Source: the human T2T-CHM13v2.0 reference genome, Homo sapiens. From it: a stretch of DNA of 64,000 bases. Positions 1 through 12,539 of the stretch are shown here, piece by piece. A program made the position numbers and the translations under genes. How positions within the stretch are numbered: the stretch's first letter is position 1; every line of letters starts with the position of its first letter. The stretch is taken from assembly GCF_009914755.1 (NCBI RefSeq), contig NC_060925.1; one strand, given 5' to 3'. The notes below the pieces were generated by a model that saw only the letters and a program-made list of their open reading frames with translations, had not been told where the DNA came from and did not search any database.

Positions 1-1
1 T

Positions 2-400
<399 letters not shown>

Positions 401-464
401 TCACTCTGCCTCCTTCCAGGGCCATGGAGGATGTTCTGGCAAAGAGAAAGAAGCACCCAGGCGT

Positions 465-668
465 GAGCACCACTGCCTGGATATGAGTCCTGATTGTGCC
501 ACTTACTACCCATGTGACCTTGAGCAGGTAATTTATTTCCACAGGCCTCAATCTGTAACAGTAGCACCTATCTCATGGGGTTGTTGTAAGGCTTAGACAA
601 GGAAATAATACAAAATGCCTAGTATGGTGTCTGGCACGTAGTAAATGCTCAATTAACATCAGGTATTG
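465..668 (+). mobile_element. MIR SINE
   Basis: GCCACTTACTACCCATGTGACCTTGAGCAGGTAATTT...TCTGGCACGTAGTAAATGCTCAAT matches MIR core and tail. Confidence 0.85.
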
Positions 669-950
669 TGTTAGGGTGATTAATGTGAGCTGCGAATTCT
701 AACATTAAGTGGCTTCATGCAATTGTTTATTTCTCACTCATATCAACCTGATGCCAGCCAGTGGCTCTTCTCTATCTTCTAACTAGTTAATTAGCACCAC
801 TCAAGTCTTCAAGCAGGGAAGAGAGGGATGGAAGATGTTTCTAAGGGCCAGGCCTGGAAGTGACACACATCACCTCTGCCCACATCCCAGTGGCCAGAAG
901 TTGTCAAAGGCACCACTAAACTACAAGGGAGTCATTCACCACGTGCCTGG
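667..950 (-). mobile_element. Old MLT1 (MaLR) LTR remnant
   Basis: AAGTGGCTT..TTTATTTCTCACTCA and GGCCTGGAAGTGACACACATCACCTCTGCCCACAT...CTACAAGGGAG typical of MLT1 antisense. Confidence 0.6.
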
Positions 951-1429
951 GAGAGAATAGAGCATTGTGGCCACCAAGGCTTCTGCCACAGCTGGGCTGT
1001 AACACTGACTCTATTCCTTGTATAGTGTGTGGAGCTTGACATGTTTAACCTTCTGAGCTTCTGTTTTCTTGTAAATGGAGCTAACGACACCAGTGTTATT
1101 ATTGTGAGGTTCACATGAGGAAAGGTAAGTTCAAGGTGCCTGGTGCATGGAAGATGCTTGGCAAATGTTTCTTTCCTTCCATTCTTTCCCCAAGCCTCCT
1201 CTTCCTCTTGCCTCCTACTTCCCTCCATCCCACCCCTTCCATCTTCTCCCCTTCCTTCCCCTGCTGTGAGCCAGGTGACAGCTGGCACGGCCTCTGGTCT
1301 GCAGCCACTAAACCTGCCCATGTCCAACTAAAGGGACAAAATGGCCAAAAAAAATCCCGAGAGCAAAGGTGGTGGCACGGAGTGGGTGGCTGGAGCCACG
1401 TCCTCTGCTTCCCAACGTAAATCTTTGGG

Positions 1430-1780
1430 AAAACCATTAGCGGTGGGCCCTGCAGCTCAGAGAGAAATTACAAGGCAGCAGAATCAATGTTATTTTTTCC
1501 ACAAGCTAAATTCATAACGGTTTATGGCAAAATCAATGCAAATCTTCATGAATAAAGTGATGGCAGGTGCACATTAGACAATAATAAGGGGGGAGGGGGA
1601 GGAGAAACCTCAGCCAATCAGCAGTGGAGGCGGGGCCCCAGAGGGAGCTGGAAGCAGGTACTCTGGAGCCACCTGCACAGCTGCCAGGGGATTTGATTCT
1701 CTCTGCGATGCAACGAGGCCCCTCCCAGACTGGCCCCAGCTGGCCTGAGCACCCTGGGAGGGAAGGGGCTCAGGGGTGGG
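1430..1780. promoter_or_regulatory. Candidate enhancer/promoter: AT-rich homeodomain-motif block, CCAAT box, GC box and G4
   Basis: TTTATGG, ATGCAAAT octamer, AGCCAATCAG (1612-1621), GAGGCGGGGC (1627-1636), five G-runs 1756-1780; no recognisable repeat. Confidence 0.45.
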
Positions 1781-1799
1781 AGGAAGTTAAGAGCTGACC

Positions 1800-1990
1800 T
1801 ATTTCTTGAGAGCTTATTCCAGACTTCATGCTTGACCTCCGCGGTCCTATTGGATCCTCAGAATAGCTCTTGGAGGTAGATGCTGTCATTACCCCCATTT
1901 CACAGTTCAGGAAACAGAGGCTCAGAGAGGTGAAGCCACTCACCTGGCATCACACAGTTAATCAGTAGGAATTCCTGGAATGGAACGCAG
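1800..1990 (-). mobile_element. MIR SINE
   Basis: ATTACCCCCATTTCACAG..GGAAACAGAGGCTCAGAGAGGTGAAG antisense MIR core. Confidence 0.75.
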
Positions 1991-2404
1991 GTCCTCCCTA
2001 TTCCAGAGACCCAGAGGCACTTGTTTAAACAAGATTTGCCTCTCTGTTCCATGCTTTTCTGCCTCAGGGGCCTCTGCACATGCTGTGTCCTCTGTCCTGG
2101 TGCCCGAGTCTTCTCTCCTCCACCTGGGAAACTCCAGAGCGTCCCTCACCACCTGGCTGCAATGTTGCAGGGAAGGCGGGGCCTGGGGGGAGGTTCTGTG
2201 ATATCTTCAGCTGGCATTGTCATGCCTTTCGTGGGTGGGCCCCATGGGATTTTGTGTTTGTGTCTAGTGTGGACTCTAGGATAGTGTCTAGGGAGTGTTT
2301 GTCCTCATGGTGCCTTACCTAGGCTGTGAGCCACTGCAGGGTTTGACTGTATCCTAACTTACCATCTCGTTTTTCAATCAATTCACTGGAATACTTGCAT
2401 TGAC

Positions 2405-2620
2405 ATTCATCACTCCATCTGTCCAACCATTTATTTATCTGTCTCTCCACCCACCCACCCCCCCATCCATCCATTCATCCAACCATCCATCCATCCCTCC
2501 ATCCTTTTATCCATCCACCCATTGTCCATTCATCCAACAATCTGTCCATCTATCCATCCTTCCATCCATCTACCCATTATCCATTCATCCAACTGTCCAT
2601 CCATCCATCCATCTCTCCAT
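2405..2620 (+). repeat. Degenerate (TCCA)n simple repeat
   Basis: Recurrent CCAT/TCCA units. Confidence 0.9.
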
Positions 2621-2659
2621 TTTCAGGTAGTTCTCAAGACTTGAAAAATTATCAGACTT

Positions 2660-3015
2660 TATCCTAACCCATGCTACGACATGGATGAACCTTGAAGACA
2701 TTATGCTAAGTGAAATGAGCCAGTCATAAAAAGGAAAATACTGTGTGATTTCACTTATATGACAGTCAAATTCATAGAGACAGAAAGTAGAGTGGTGGCT
2801 TCCAGGGGCTGAAGGGAGAGGAGAATTGGCAGTTAGTGTTCAATGGGGACAGATTTCAGTTTGGCAAGATGCAAACATTCTGGAGATGGATGGTGGTGAT
2901 AGTAGCAGAACCATGGGAATGTACTCAATACCACTGAACTAAAAAGGGCTTAAAAATGGCTTAGAGTGGTAAATTTTATGCTATCGATAGTTTGCCACAA
3001 TTAGAAATAAATTTT
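2660..3015 (+). mobile_element. L1MB-like 3' end
   Basis: ACATGGATGAACCTTGAAGACATTATGCTAAGTGAAATGAGCCAGTCA...GAGACAGAAAGTAGA; A-rich end. Confidence 0.9.
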
Positions 3016-3199
3016 TAAAGTATCAGTTTCACAAGGAGGCTACAGTATTCCCTCCGCAGAATTCCACTCCCTCTCTTCTCACCTGCTCCAGTCCGGCTGT
3101 ACCTTAAGTCTTGCCTCCTGGTGCAGCACCAACAGGCTGCCCCAGCCCTCTCCAGCTCTTCTGTCTCCAAATATTCTGGGTGCTCATGGTTTTCATATA

Positions 3200-3455
3200 A
3201 TAATCATGACTGTGTTAACAACAGTTGCTAACACTTGGTGAAGGTGTCCTGGGGCAAGTTATAAGTGTTTTGCCTGGATCATTGCATACCCACTCTGGGA
3301 ACTAGGTACTGTTGTTAGTCCCTTTTTAAAGTTGAGGAAACTGAGGCCTGGGGAAGTTAGGTAACTTGCCCAAGCTTCCTCAGCTAGTAAGCTGCAGGGG
3401 CAGGATTCAGGCCCAGGCACTCTGACATGACCATGTCTGCTCTTAAAGCTACTAC
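3200..3455 (-). mobile_element. MIR SINE
   Basis: GAGGAAACTGAGGCC..GTTAGGTAACTTGCCCAAG..CAGCTAGTAAG. Confidence 0.8.
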
Positions 3456-3631
3456 GTGTGCTTCCCGCAAGCCAGTGCTTGCTTTTCTACTGCCCTAGGT
3501 ACTGAGTTTACAGACGTTTTATTTCCCTAAGACCTTGTGAATTCCCTAAAGACAGGGGTTGGGTACTTACACTCCTCATTACCCACCTTGACCTTGACCC
3601 AGGATGGACACCAAATAGAGGCTCTGTAACT

Positions 3632-3849
3632 CAGGGTCAGGGCTAGAGCAAGGGGAGTCTCCTCAGGGGCAAAACTTAAGGGGGCTTCCAAAGCTCAGTA
3701 ATTAAGGTAAATAATATTTTAATGCAATATTTAAAAATATTGATTTAGTGTGAAAAATCTATGATTAAAAAATATTAAAATTTTAAATAAAGACAAGATC
3801 TGATCTTACATGACCCCACCTCATTGGCCTTACCTTAATCTTGGCCCTG
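3632..3849. mobile_element. hAT MITE (MER96B-like)
   Basis: Inverted termini CAGGGTCAGGGCTAG / TTAATCTTGGCCCTG; internal CTCAGTAATTAAGGTAAATAATATTTTAATGCAATATTT. Confidence 0.7.
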
Positions 3850-3959
3850 TGGGGCTTGCTTTTAAGATGGAGTGGTGGTCTAGCATGCTATTATGGGATC
3901 ACTGAAACCACTTGCTTGAATAAATAATCACTCCCCTGGCCCATTTGGCAAGAATTCCA

Positions 3960-4180
3960 TGCTGTGGGGCAATAGCACACAGACGCTGAAGTCAATCTTG
4001 TCTTAGAAGACCTTTTTTGTCTGGGCCTCTGTAGCTGTGTGTCTTTGGGCAAGTAGCTTAACCTTTCTGTGCCTCAATTTCCTCCCCGGTAAAGAGCGCT
4101 CTTAATAGTCCCAACTTAATCATGCAGCCTTGTAGATTAAATGAGATAAAGTGTATAGAGAGCGTAACACAGTGTCTTCC
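3960..4180 (+). mobile_element. MIR SINE
   Basis: GCTGTGTGTCTTTGGGCAAGTAGCTTAACCTTTCTGTGCCTCAATTTCCTC. Confidence 0.8.
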
Positions 4181-5899
4181 TCTTGGCTAACTAAAAAACG
4201 TAAACTCTTGTAAAAATGATTCGACTCATAGACTAAGTCCCCAAATGAAAAGAAGGTGTAACACATGAAGTTATGTTAGCAGGCATCAAAAAACCCTCAG
4301 CTTTTATTTTTCCTTTTCTTGTTTTCCCTCTGACATTTCTTGACCACCCTTGGCACAGAGGAGTTGGCAGAGGCAGGGAGGAGACAGTGAAGAATGGGCG
4401 AAGGGCTGGGAGAGGGGAGACAGTGAGTGGTTCATGGTTGATCAGTGTAAGGCAGATGGCTGCTTCCGTTCCCCACAGTCTAGGTTCTGCATGTTTATTC
4501 ATTGGCTTCAATAGGAAAGTTTGTCTCTGGTTCTCCAGATGTGTGCTCTGTATAGACTGCCACACATCTGGATGAAAAAGTGCTAGGGAAAATGAACTGT
4601 TTTGTCCCTCCATGCTGCCAGGAGTGTTCAGAGAGCCAGATGTCCAGTGGCCAATGGTCACATCTGGAAGGCAAGCTGAATCTTTTCAACCAGATGCATC
4701 AGATGTTGGGGTGACCCGGGGACACTCAAGGACCCTGGTCATGAGGAATAGCAGAGGAATAGTCCATCGGATTCTCCATGGCCTCCCCAATCCAAGGGTA
4801 GCTGTTGTCTCCGCCCCTTTCTAGTGTAGACTTTGAGTGAGATGCCCTCTATCTACTTTCCACTGCCCCGACCCCCAGCCCCTGGGAGCTGAGGGCTTTG
4901 TCTTGACTTTTCTGTTCATGAAGTCACTGGCAGAGGTATCCCTTGAGCAGTCAAAGGGACAAAACCAAGGCCTGCGGTGGCAGAAGGAAGAGGGCAGATC
5001 TTGCCAGATTATCCCAGGTTGTTTAGGGAGGTGCTGGCCCTTCAGCCATCTCATACATTTGTCAATCTTCAAAAGAACCTTGGGAGGGAGAAAAGTGGCA
5101 ATGACTTTCTGCATATAAAATGGGGAAACTGAGGCTTGGAAAGGTTAGGAGATTGTATTGGGCCACCCAGTAATAGTGGGCAGTGCTAGAATGGGCACTA
5201 TGGTTTGTTGAACAGTAGTTTATTTCCAATATGCCAGGCTGATGACCTGGCCAAGATGGCGTGACTTTGCCTCCCAGAGACCTTGACCTGCCCCTCTTTC
5301 CTGCTGCATCAGAGGAAGTGGAGAGAGGTGGAGGAAATCCCCACCACCCAACCAGGGTGGGTGGGAGAGTGTCAGGGTCAGGCTCGGTTTTTCACAGCAG
5401 CCTCAGAATCATCCTTGTTCACAAGGCGTCTTAGCATCTCAGAACGTCAGGGCTGGAAGGGACCCTGCTCCTTCAGTTCTGCTTCCATCCATGTTCCAAT
5501 TGGAGACTCCAAGGCCAGAGACAGGAAGCAGCCAGTTGAGGAGAAGCAGGTGTTTAATGGAAGAGCCATCATGATTACCCAAGCCCTCTGACCCCTGTGA
5601 TCAGTATTCCTGACTGCACTGGGCACAGCCTCCCTGGGTAAGGCCAGACCCCCACTAGCTCACTCTGTGGCTATGGGCAGGTCCCACTTCCTCTGATGTG
5701 TCATTTCCCCACATGGATGAATGAGGGTGCAAGTCCTGGCCCCATCCAACTCAAAGGGCAGCTGGGAGTTTGATTGATAGGTATAAACATAAGGGCAAAG
5801 ACAGCTGACACCTCAGTTCCTACTGTGTGCTGCATCTGGGCTGGGCACTTGAAATATGAGGTCTTGATGACTCTGCAATCATATTCTCTGCCTGCCACA

Positions 5900-6240
5900 C
5901 ACTATGGACTCCCTCTCCTCTTCTGACCCTTCCTCCAATTACTTCATCTGGCTGACACCCAGTCATTACTGAGGTCTCATTAGATGTCACCTCCTCCAGG
6001 AAGCCCTCTCTAACGACCGATGTTCTGTCTTTGTGTTCCTGTGAGAGCTGTGCACCCTGGCATAGCATTGATCGCAGACTATAATCATTGGCTTTTTAAA
6101 TGTCTGTATTCTCCAGAAGACAGTGGGCTCTCAGGGGGTAGGCAGGGTCTGGGTCTTTTGGGTTCACTGTGGTATCTCAATGCTCATCAAAGTGTCTGGT
6201 ACATAATATGCATGCAATATATACCTGACAAGTTTGACTA
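5900..6240 (+). mobile_element. L2 3' fragment
   Basis: GATGTCACCTCCTCCAGGAAGCCCTCTCT...GTTCACTGTGGTATCTCAATGC..AGTGTCTGGTACATAAT. Confidence 0.75.
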
Positions 6241-7029
6241 GTGAGGAATCTGGGATAGTAGATATGAAAACACTGCAAATTACAAGGAGTTCTTCAAAAG
6301 GAAGGATAGAGTGATATGTGATGTTGCAATTCCACAATCTACCTACAGAGGGCGACGCCGAACCCAAGGGAATGCTCCAGTGACGGTGGCCTTTCAGCAG
6401 AGTTGGGTGCTGTGACATTTAAGGGAAAGGGAGGTCTATGACCCTTGCATCACACCACACAGTGATGATGCAGAGTCTGCTCCAATGATTCCCAAGACCC
6501 ATACGGGTTAATTCCGGCAAAGGAACGATTCCTTGGGTTTTAGCTCCTGGCCTGGGAGTCACGCCCAGCTTGTGGTCATGGGATGATTAATCATAGCTAG
6601 ACCCTATTCGTTATGTTGACTGCATGTTCTTTCTCTCTCCCTTCCCGTCCCCCCAATTAGATTTAATTAGATATTGATAATAGATGCTGGTGGAATGAGT
6701 CTCTGTGGTCTCAGGCTGGACCTGTGGCAGAGAAAGGGAACAGCCAGCCCCTGGGGACGGGACCTGTGGAGTCCAGGCCTTGGGAACTGAGTACCACTTC
6801 CAGTTCCTTTGTCTTTATGACCCTCTCCCTATGAAAAAGGAAATGCTTCCAAGGCTCCTCCAGTCAGTTTCTGTTCTCACCCCTTCCCTCTCTCTTTTCC
6901 TTTGGGATCCACAGCCCTGGCCATGCCTGTTGGAGCTGGCCCCTCCTCTCCAGCCTGCAGTTTTATTTCCCTAAGCCTCAGGTGTTTGGATGTGGGTCTT
7001 GCCTGGAGGGAGCAGGGGCATTGAGATTA

Positions 7030-7460
7030 CCGATCAGCAGACATGCTTCCCTTCTCCTCCCACCGTGATGCCTATCACTCCTTTCCACTGATGGGGAGCT
7101 TAGCCATGTGGCTTGCTCTGGAAAATGGAAAGTCAGTGAACATAACCCAAGCAGAGGCCTTAAATAGGCATGTGTCGGTTGGCTTGATTTCTTGTGCTCT
7201 TGTGACCTAACAGGAGAAGAAGATACCCAGGGTGACCACTGTTTCACCAGACTAGGCTCAAGAATTAACACACAGGGATCAGACTTGAACCCAATCTACA
7301 GCCTATAGTGGAGCAGCCCAGCCAGGTCCAGCCTAGATCAGCCAAGCCACAGCCAGCCTGCAGCCCCATGAGCATGAGAATAAATGCTCACGGTTGTAAG
7401 CCACCAAGATTTTGTGCTATTTGTTTGCATCATTATTGCTGTAAAGGTCTGGCTGGCACA
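7030..7460 (+). mobile_element. Old MLT1 LTR
   Basis: AGCCATGTGGCTTGCTCTGG...ATGAGAATAAATGCTCACGGTTGTAAGCCACCAAGATTTTG. Confidence 0.75.
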
Positions 7461-7859
7461 GAGGGTTGGGTGGGAACTCAAATAATGATACAACAGAACT
7501 GATTATTCCAGATTACAAGGCAGGAGACCTGGGCTGTAGTCCAAAAACTGCTAACTTCCTCTATACCTCCAGAGGAGAGGAAAGAAGCTACCATCTGTGG
7601 ATCATCTGCTGGGGGCCCAGCACTGGGCTAAACGCCGTCCACACATCATGCTATTGTATCACTACCATGTCTATCTTATTTTGGAATCTACTCTGTGCCA
7701 GGCATTGTGTTAAATGCTTATGATGCTAATTAGGGTTATGCTAACAATGATACTGAAATGAATAATAACTTAAAAAACAGCCATTGTTGAATACATAGGA
7801 TGGGTCAGGCCTGCATCTAGTTATTTAAATGTATTGTTTCAATTTACCCTCAGCACGAC

Positions 7860-7975
7860 CAACCTGGTAGACTGTAAACTCCATGAAGCAGACATCACAT
7901 CTGTTTAGTTCACTGCCGTGGCCCCAGGGCCTAGTACGTGCCTGGCACATCAATGCTCAATAAATTGTTGTTGAG
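7860..7975 (+). mobile_element. L2 3' terminus
   Basis: TAGACTGTAAACTCCATGAAGCAG...GTGCCTGGCACATCAATGCTCAATAAAT. Confidence 0.75.
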
Positions 7976-8078
7976 ATGGAAGTCCTACGAGGTGGATGCT
8001 AGCGTTACATCCGCCACTGTCCGTCCCCTGCTCTCTTTCTGCGGCTGATGAAACGGAGGCAGATGGGCTGGCCTAAGC

Positions 8079-8295
8079 AATGGTTCTAACATCTCAACTG
8101 GGGGCAATTTGGTCTCCTCAGAGGACATTTGGCAATGTTTAGAGGCATTTTTGGTTGTCACGACTTGGGGAGGGGGTGCTACTGGCATCCAGTGGGTAGT
8201 GTTCAGGAAAGCAGCTGTACATCCCACAAGGAAATCCCTCCACAAAGAATGATCTGGCCCAAAATGAAAACAGTGCTGTGGTCGGGAAACTCTGG
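8079..8295. mobile_element. MER20 DNA transposon (hAT)
   Basis: GGACATTTGGCAATGT..GGCATTTTTGGTTGTCAC..TGCTACTGGCATCCAGTGGGTAG..AAAGAATGATCTGGCCCAAAATG. Confidence 0.9.
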
Positions 8296-8369
8296 CCTGA
8301 CTATCAGGGGAGCCTGGCTACCATGGCCTGGCAGGAAATTAAAGTCAGATTTGTTTTGTTCCAAAGCAC

Positions 8370-9200
8370 CTGTGTTGGTTTTCTGTGGCTGCTGTAACAA
8401 ACTACCACAGACTGGGTGGTGATAGCAGCAGAAGCGTGTTTGCTCACAATTCTGGAGGTTGGAAACCTGAAATCACGGTGTGGGCTGGGCTGTGCTCCGC
8501 TGAAGACTCCAGTGGACATCCTGTGCCTGGGGTCTTCCGCTTCCCGGTGGTTGCTGGTGTTTCCTGGCGTGAGGCTGTGAATTAGTCTGTTCTTAGGCTG
8601 CTGATAAAGACATATCTGAGACTGGGTCATTTATAAAGAAAAAGAGATTTAATGGACTCACAGTTCCACGTGGCTGGGGAGAGCTCACAATCATGGCAGA
8701 AGGCGAAAGGCACATCTTACACGGCAGCAGGCAAGAGAGAGAATGAGAGCCAAGAGAAAAGGATTTCCCTTTATAAAACCATCAGATCTCATGAGACTGA
8801 CTCACTATGATGAGAAAAGTATGGTGGAAACCGCCCCCATGATTCAATTATCTTCCACTGGGTCCCTCCTACAACACCTGGGAATTATGAGAGCTAAAGT
8901 TCAAGATGAGATTTGGGTGAGGACACAGCCAAACCATATCAGGCTGCATTACTCAAATCTCTGCCTTCATCTTCATGTCACCTTCTCCTCTTGTGTCCAT
9001 CTCCAATCTCTCTCTGTCTTCTCTTATAAGACCCCTTGTCATTGGATTTAGGGCCTACCTGGAGACTCCAGAATTATCTCCTCATCTCAAGATCTCTTAA
9101 CTTGAATCTCATCTGCAAGACCCTTTTTTCAAATAAGGTCACATCCACAGGTTTCTGGGATTTGACATGGATATCTTTTGGGGGAGGGACATTTTTGGGC
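8370..9200 (-). mobile_element. MLT1C/D-like LTR split by a THE1 insertion
   Basis: GGCTGCTGTAACAAACTACCACAGACTGGGTGG on left; TCTTATAAGACCCCTTGTCATTGGATTTAGGGCC..AAATAAGGTCACATCCACAGGTT on right. Confidence 0.85.
8578..8941 (-). mobile_element. THE1 solo LTR with 5-bp TSD GGCTG
   Basis: TG..ATTAGTCTGTTCT...CAGCCAAACCATATCA; GGCTG at 8573-8577 and 8942-8946. Confidence 0.93.
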
Positions 9201-9954
9201 CTTCCCCCTGCACCCCTTCTTGAATGCAGACCTATCTTGCCCTCCCAGATGTACTATGTGAATCCTCAAAAGAACCCTCTGAAGAGTTCATCTTACCTTG
9301 TTTCACCCATGAGGCACTGAGGATCAGAGAGGCTGTGTGATTCTCCTAGGAGAATCAGCGCTGGGGTCAAGATTTGCTCTCCGGCTCTGAAACTCTTGCT
9401 CACATCCTTCAACTTTCTCCTCAAACCTCACTGGGCTCAGAGATGCCCACACTTTCTGTGGAGCACCTGGAGATGCCCCTTGAACCAGCCTGCAACTGGC
9501 AGTCAGTGGGGCACCCCTCTGGATGCAGGAGGAAGGACACAGGAGTCACGCGCAGCCTTTTCAGGCAAGTGACTCTTTCAAGTGACTCAGGGGACATCGA
9601 GCAGAGGGAGACCTCAGGACCAGCAGCTCCCCCCTGGGGAGGGAGAGCAGGCGGCATTATCCTGGGGACTTTGCTGCAAGAGACAAGCTTGTCCAAGCCC
9701 GGAATTTCAATCGCTGCTGCTCTAATGAGCTCCTTCTTCCTGCCTTTCTCTGAACTTTTGCCAGCAAATTTCAGGGTCTTCCAGATGTGACAGCTCTGGC
9801 CAGTGTTTGATGGTTTGGATGAAGCCAATCAAAGGCGGGAGACCCTCTACGCCTTTCCCACCCTTGGTAGTGAAATCCCACAAACACCATGGAGATGAAA
9901 GTGTCAGCCACTGCGTATCACATCATTTAATCACCTCATTAAACTTTGAGTTTT

Positions 9955-11605
9955 CTCTCTTTTTTTGTAATAGCACCCCTGAAGCATAATTTGCACATTG
10001 GAAACTGCACATCTTTAAAGTAATACATTTGATAGATTTTGATATAAATATATACATACACACACACAACCACACCTGTAAAACCATCACCACAATCAAG
10101 ATAGAGAATATATATGCCACTCCCCCAAAAGTTTTCTTGTGCCCTTTTGCAACCTTCTCTTTTTCCCCTCCCCACCATCCGTCCCATTCCCAGGCAGCCA
10201 CCAATCTGCTTGCTGTCGCTATAGATTAGTTTGCATTTTTTAGAGTTCTGTATAAATGGAATCATTCAGTATTGACTGTTTTTGCACAGCTTATTTCTTT
10301 CATCATAATTATTTTGAGATTCCACCACGTTGTGTTGTGTATCAGTGGTTCCTTCTTTTTATTGATGGCTAATATTCCAGCTTGTGGTTATGCTACAGTT
10401 TATACATCCATTCATCCATTGATAGACATTGGATCTTTTCCAGTTTTTGATGAGTATGAATAAAGCTGCTATGAACATTTGTGTAAAAGACTTTTTGTGG
10501 ATACATGCTTTCTTTTCTTTTGAGTAAATACCTAGGAATGGCTGGATCATATGGTAAGCACATGTTTAATTTAAGGAAATGCCAGGAGTGGTGGCTCATG
10601 CCTGTAATCCCAGTACTTTGAGAAACCAAGGCAGGAGGTCAAGACTAGCCTGGGCCATATAGTAAGACCCTATCTCTACAAAAAATTTTAAAAAGTAGCT
10701 GGGCATGATGGTGTGGTGGTGCACACCTGTAGGTCCACCTACTCAGCAGGCTGAGGCAGGAGGATCACTTGAACCCAGGAGCTCAAGGTTACAGTGAGCT
10801 ATGATTGCACCATGCCACTACAGCCTGGGTGACAGAACAAGACTCTGTCTCTAAAAAAAAAAAAAAAAAAAAAAAAGAAAAAGAAAAAAGAAAAAGGAAA
10901 CCACCAAACTGTTTTCTGAAGTGCTGGTACCATTTTGCATTTCCACCAGCAATGTATGAGATTTCCAGTTGCTCTGCATCTTCTCCAAGGCTTGGCGTGG
11001 TCAGTCTTTTACTTTTAGCAACATAATAAGTATGTTAGCATCTCTTGATGGTTTTAATTGACATTTTCCTGATGCCTAATTATGTTGAGTGTCCTTTTCT
11101 CTGCTGATTTGCCATCTGTATATCTTCTTCGGTGAAATGTCTGTTCAAGTCTTTTACCCATTTTAAATTCAATTGTTTGTTTTCTTGAGTCTTGAGAGTT
11201 CTACATATATCCCAGGTATCAGTCCTTTAGCAGGTACTTGATTTGTGAATATTTTTTCTTAGTCTTTGTCTTATCATTTCATTATCTGAACATGATTTCA
11301 AAGATTAGGAGATTTTCATTTTGATGAAGTCCAATTTATCAACTCTTTCTTTAATGGATCATGTTATTGATTATATATGCAAGAAATTGTTGCCTAACCC
11401 AAAGTCTGGAAACTCTCTCAAGGTAGTAAGCTGGGGAAGCTGAGGGGCCTACTTTATGTATTTCTTGTCTCTTAGGGATCAAGCTCCTTCACTCTCTGAT
11501 GCCAAGTGTCTTGAAAACCATTGTTTTAAATATTTGTCTATGTTTTGTTGTTTCATCCAGGAGGGTAAATCTAATTCCTGTTACTCCATCTCAGTCTGAA
11601 GTCCC
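9955..11605 (-). mobile_element. L1M (L1MC/MD-like) fragment interrupted by an Alu
   Basis: ACCATCACCACAATCAAGATAGAGAA.., AAAGCTGCTATGAACATTTGTG, CATTTCCACCAGCAATGTATGAG antisense L1 3' region. Confidence 0.88.
10581..10896 (+). mobile_element. Alu (AluJ-like) inside L1M
   Basis: GGAGGATCACTTGAACCCAGGAG..GTGAGCTATGATTGCACC; long A-rich tail. Confidence 0.93.
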
Positions 11606-11780
11606 AATAAACCTTTAAGGTAGACATTATTTTACTCATATTACTTCCTATTTCTCCACCAAGGTAGCAGAGCTCAGTCCTGTTACTCCATCTCAGTCTG
11701 AAGTCCCAATAAACCTTTAAGGTAGACATTATTTTACTCATATTACTTCCTATTTCTCCACCAAGGTAGCAGAGCTCAGT
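11577..11780 (+). repeat. Perfect 102-bp tandem duplication
   Basis: 11577-11678 is identical to 11679-11780 (CCTGTTACTCCATCTCAG...GCAGAGCTCAGT). Confidence 0.97.
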
Positions 11781-12539
11781 GTGGTGAAGTGTCTTGTCCA
11801 GTGTCACACAGCAAAAAATGGTACCATCAGGACATAAACTCGGGCCTGCCAACTGTAAAGCCTGGTGCTACAGACCAGGCACCCTCAAAATTTTGGGATG
11901 GTGTCAAGTTCCACTTGGTGCTTGAAGTTTCAGAGTCTGGAATGCATCTAGGGTCTGGAATTGGCTAGACAGGGGACTCTCATTCAGTCTTGCTGGCTTG
12001 GCCCTCTAAGATCCTGGAGCAAAGGTAACCTCCGAGTTTCAGTTGTCTAATCTGCTACCAAAAATGTTAATTTGGACCTGACTTGCTCTTTAAGGGGTGC
12101 AATAAAATGCAATCACAAAACCACAGGATTTCTGAGACCTTGTAGAATATAGGGTCCAACCTTCTACTCAATGCCATTTCCACAGCAGGATTAAGAAATC
12201 TAAGATGCACCTCACCTTTCACCCAATACCCCGTCTGTGCCCATTGCAGGCATTACTAATCAATGATGGAACTCTTGATCACAAAATCCAATCTTTCTTT
12301 AATACTCAACATGCCCACCACCAATTTATTAGACTGGCACATGAGATGAAGCCCATTTGTGTTCCTATTCTTTGGTGTTCTGGTCAGATAACCATCTGGC
12401 CTCACACTCACACCTCACTTAACCAAGCCTTCACCATGTCCTAAGGTAATCTGTTTCATTACTGTCCAGCTGCAGTGCCTGGAACGTTCTGGCATGTGAC
12501 AACAAACCCACTGTCCAGTCAGCATTATCCATTACATTA

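Noticed and set aside
11571-11852. ORF with a repeated 34-aa unit
   Set aside because: Consequence of the 102-bp duplication being a multiple of three
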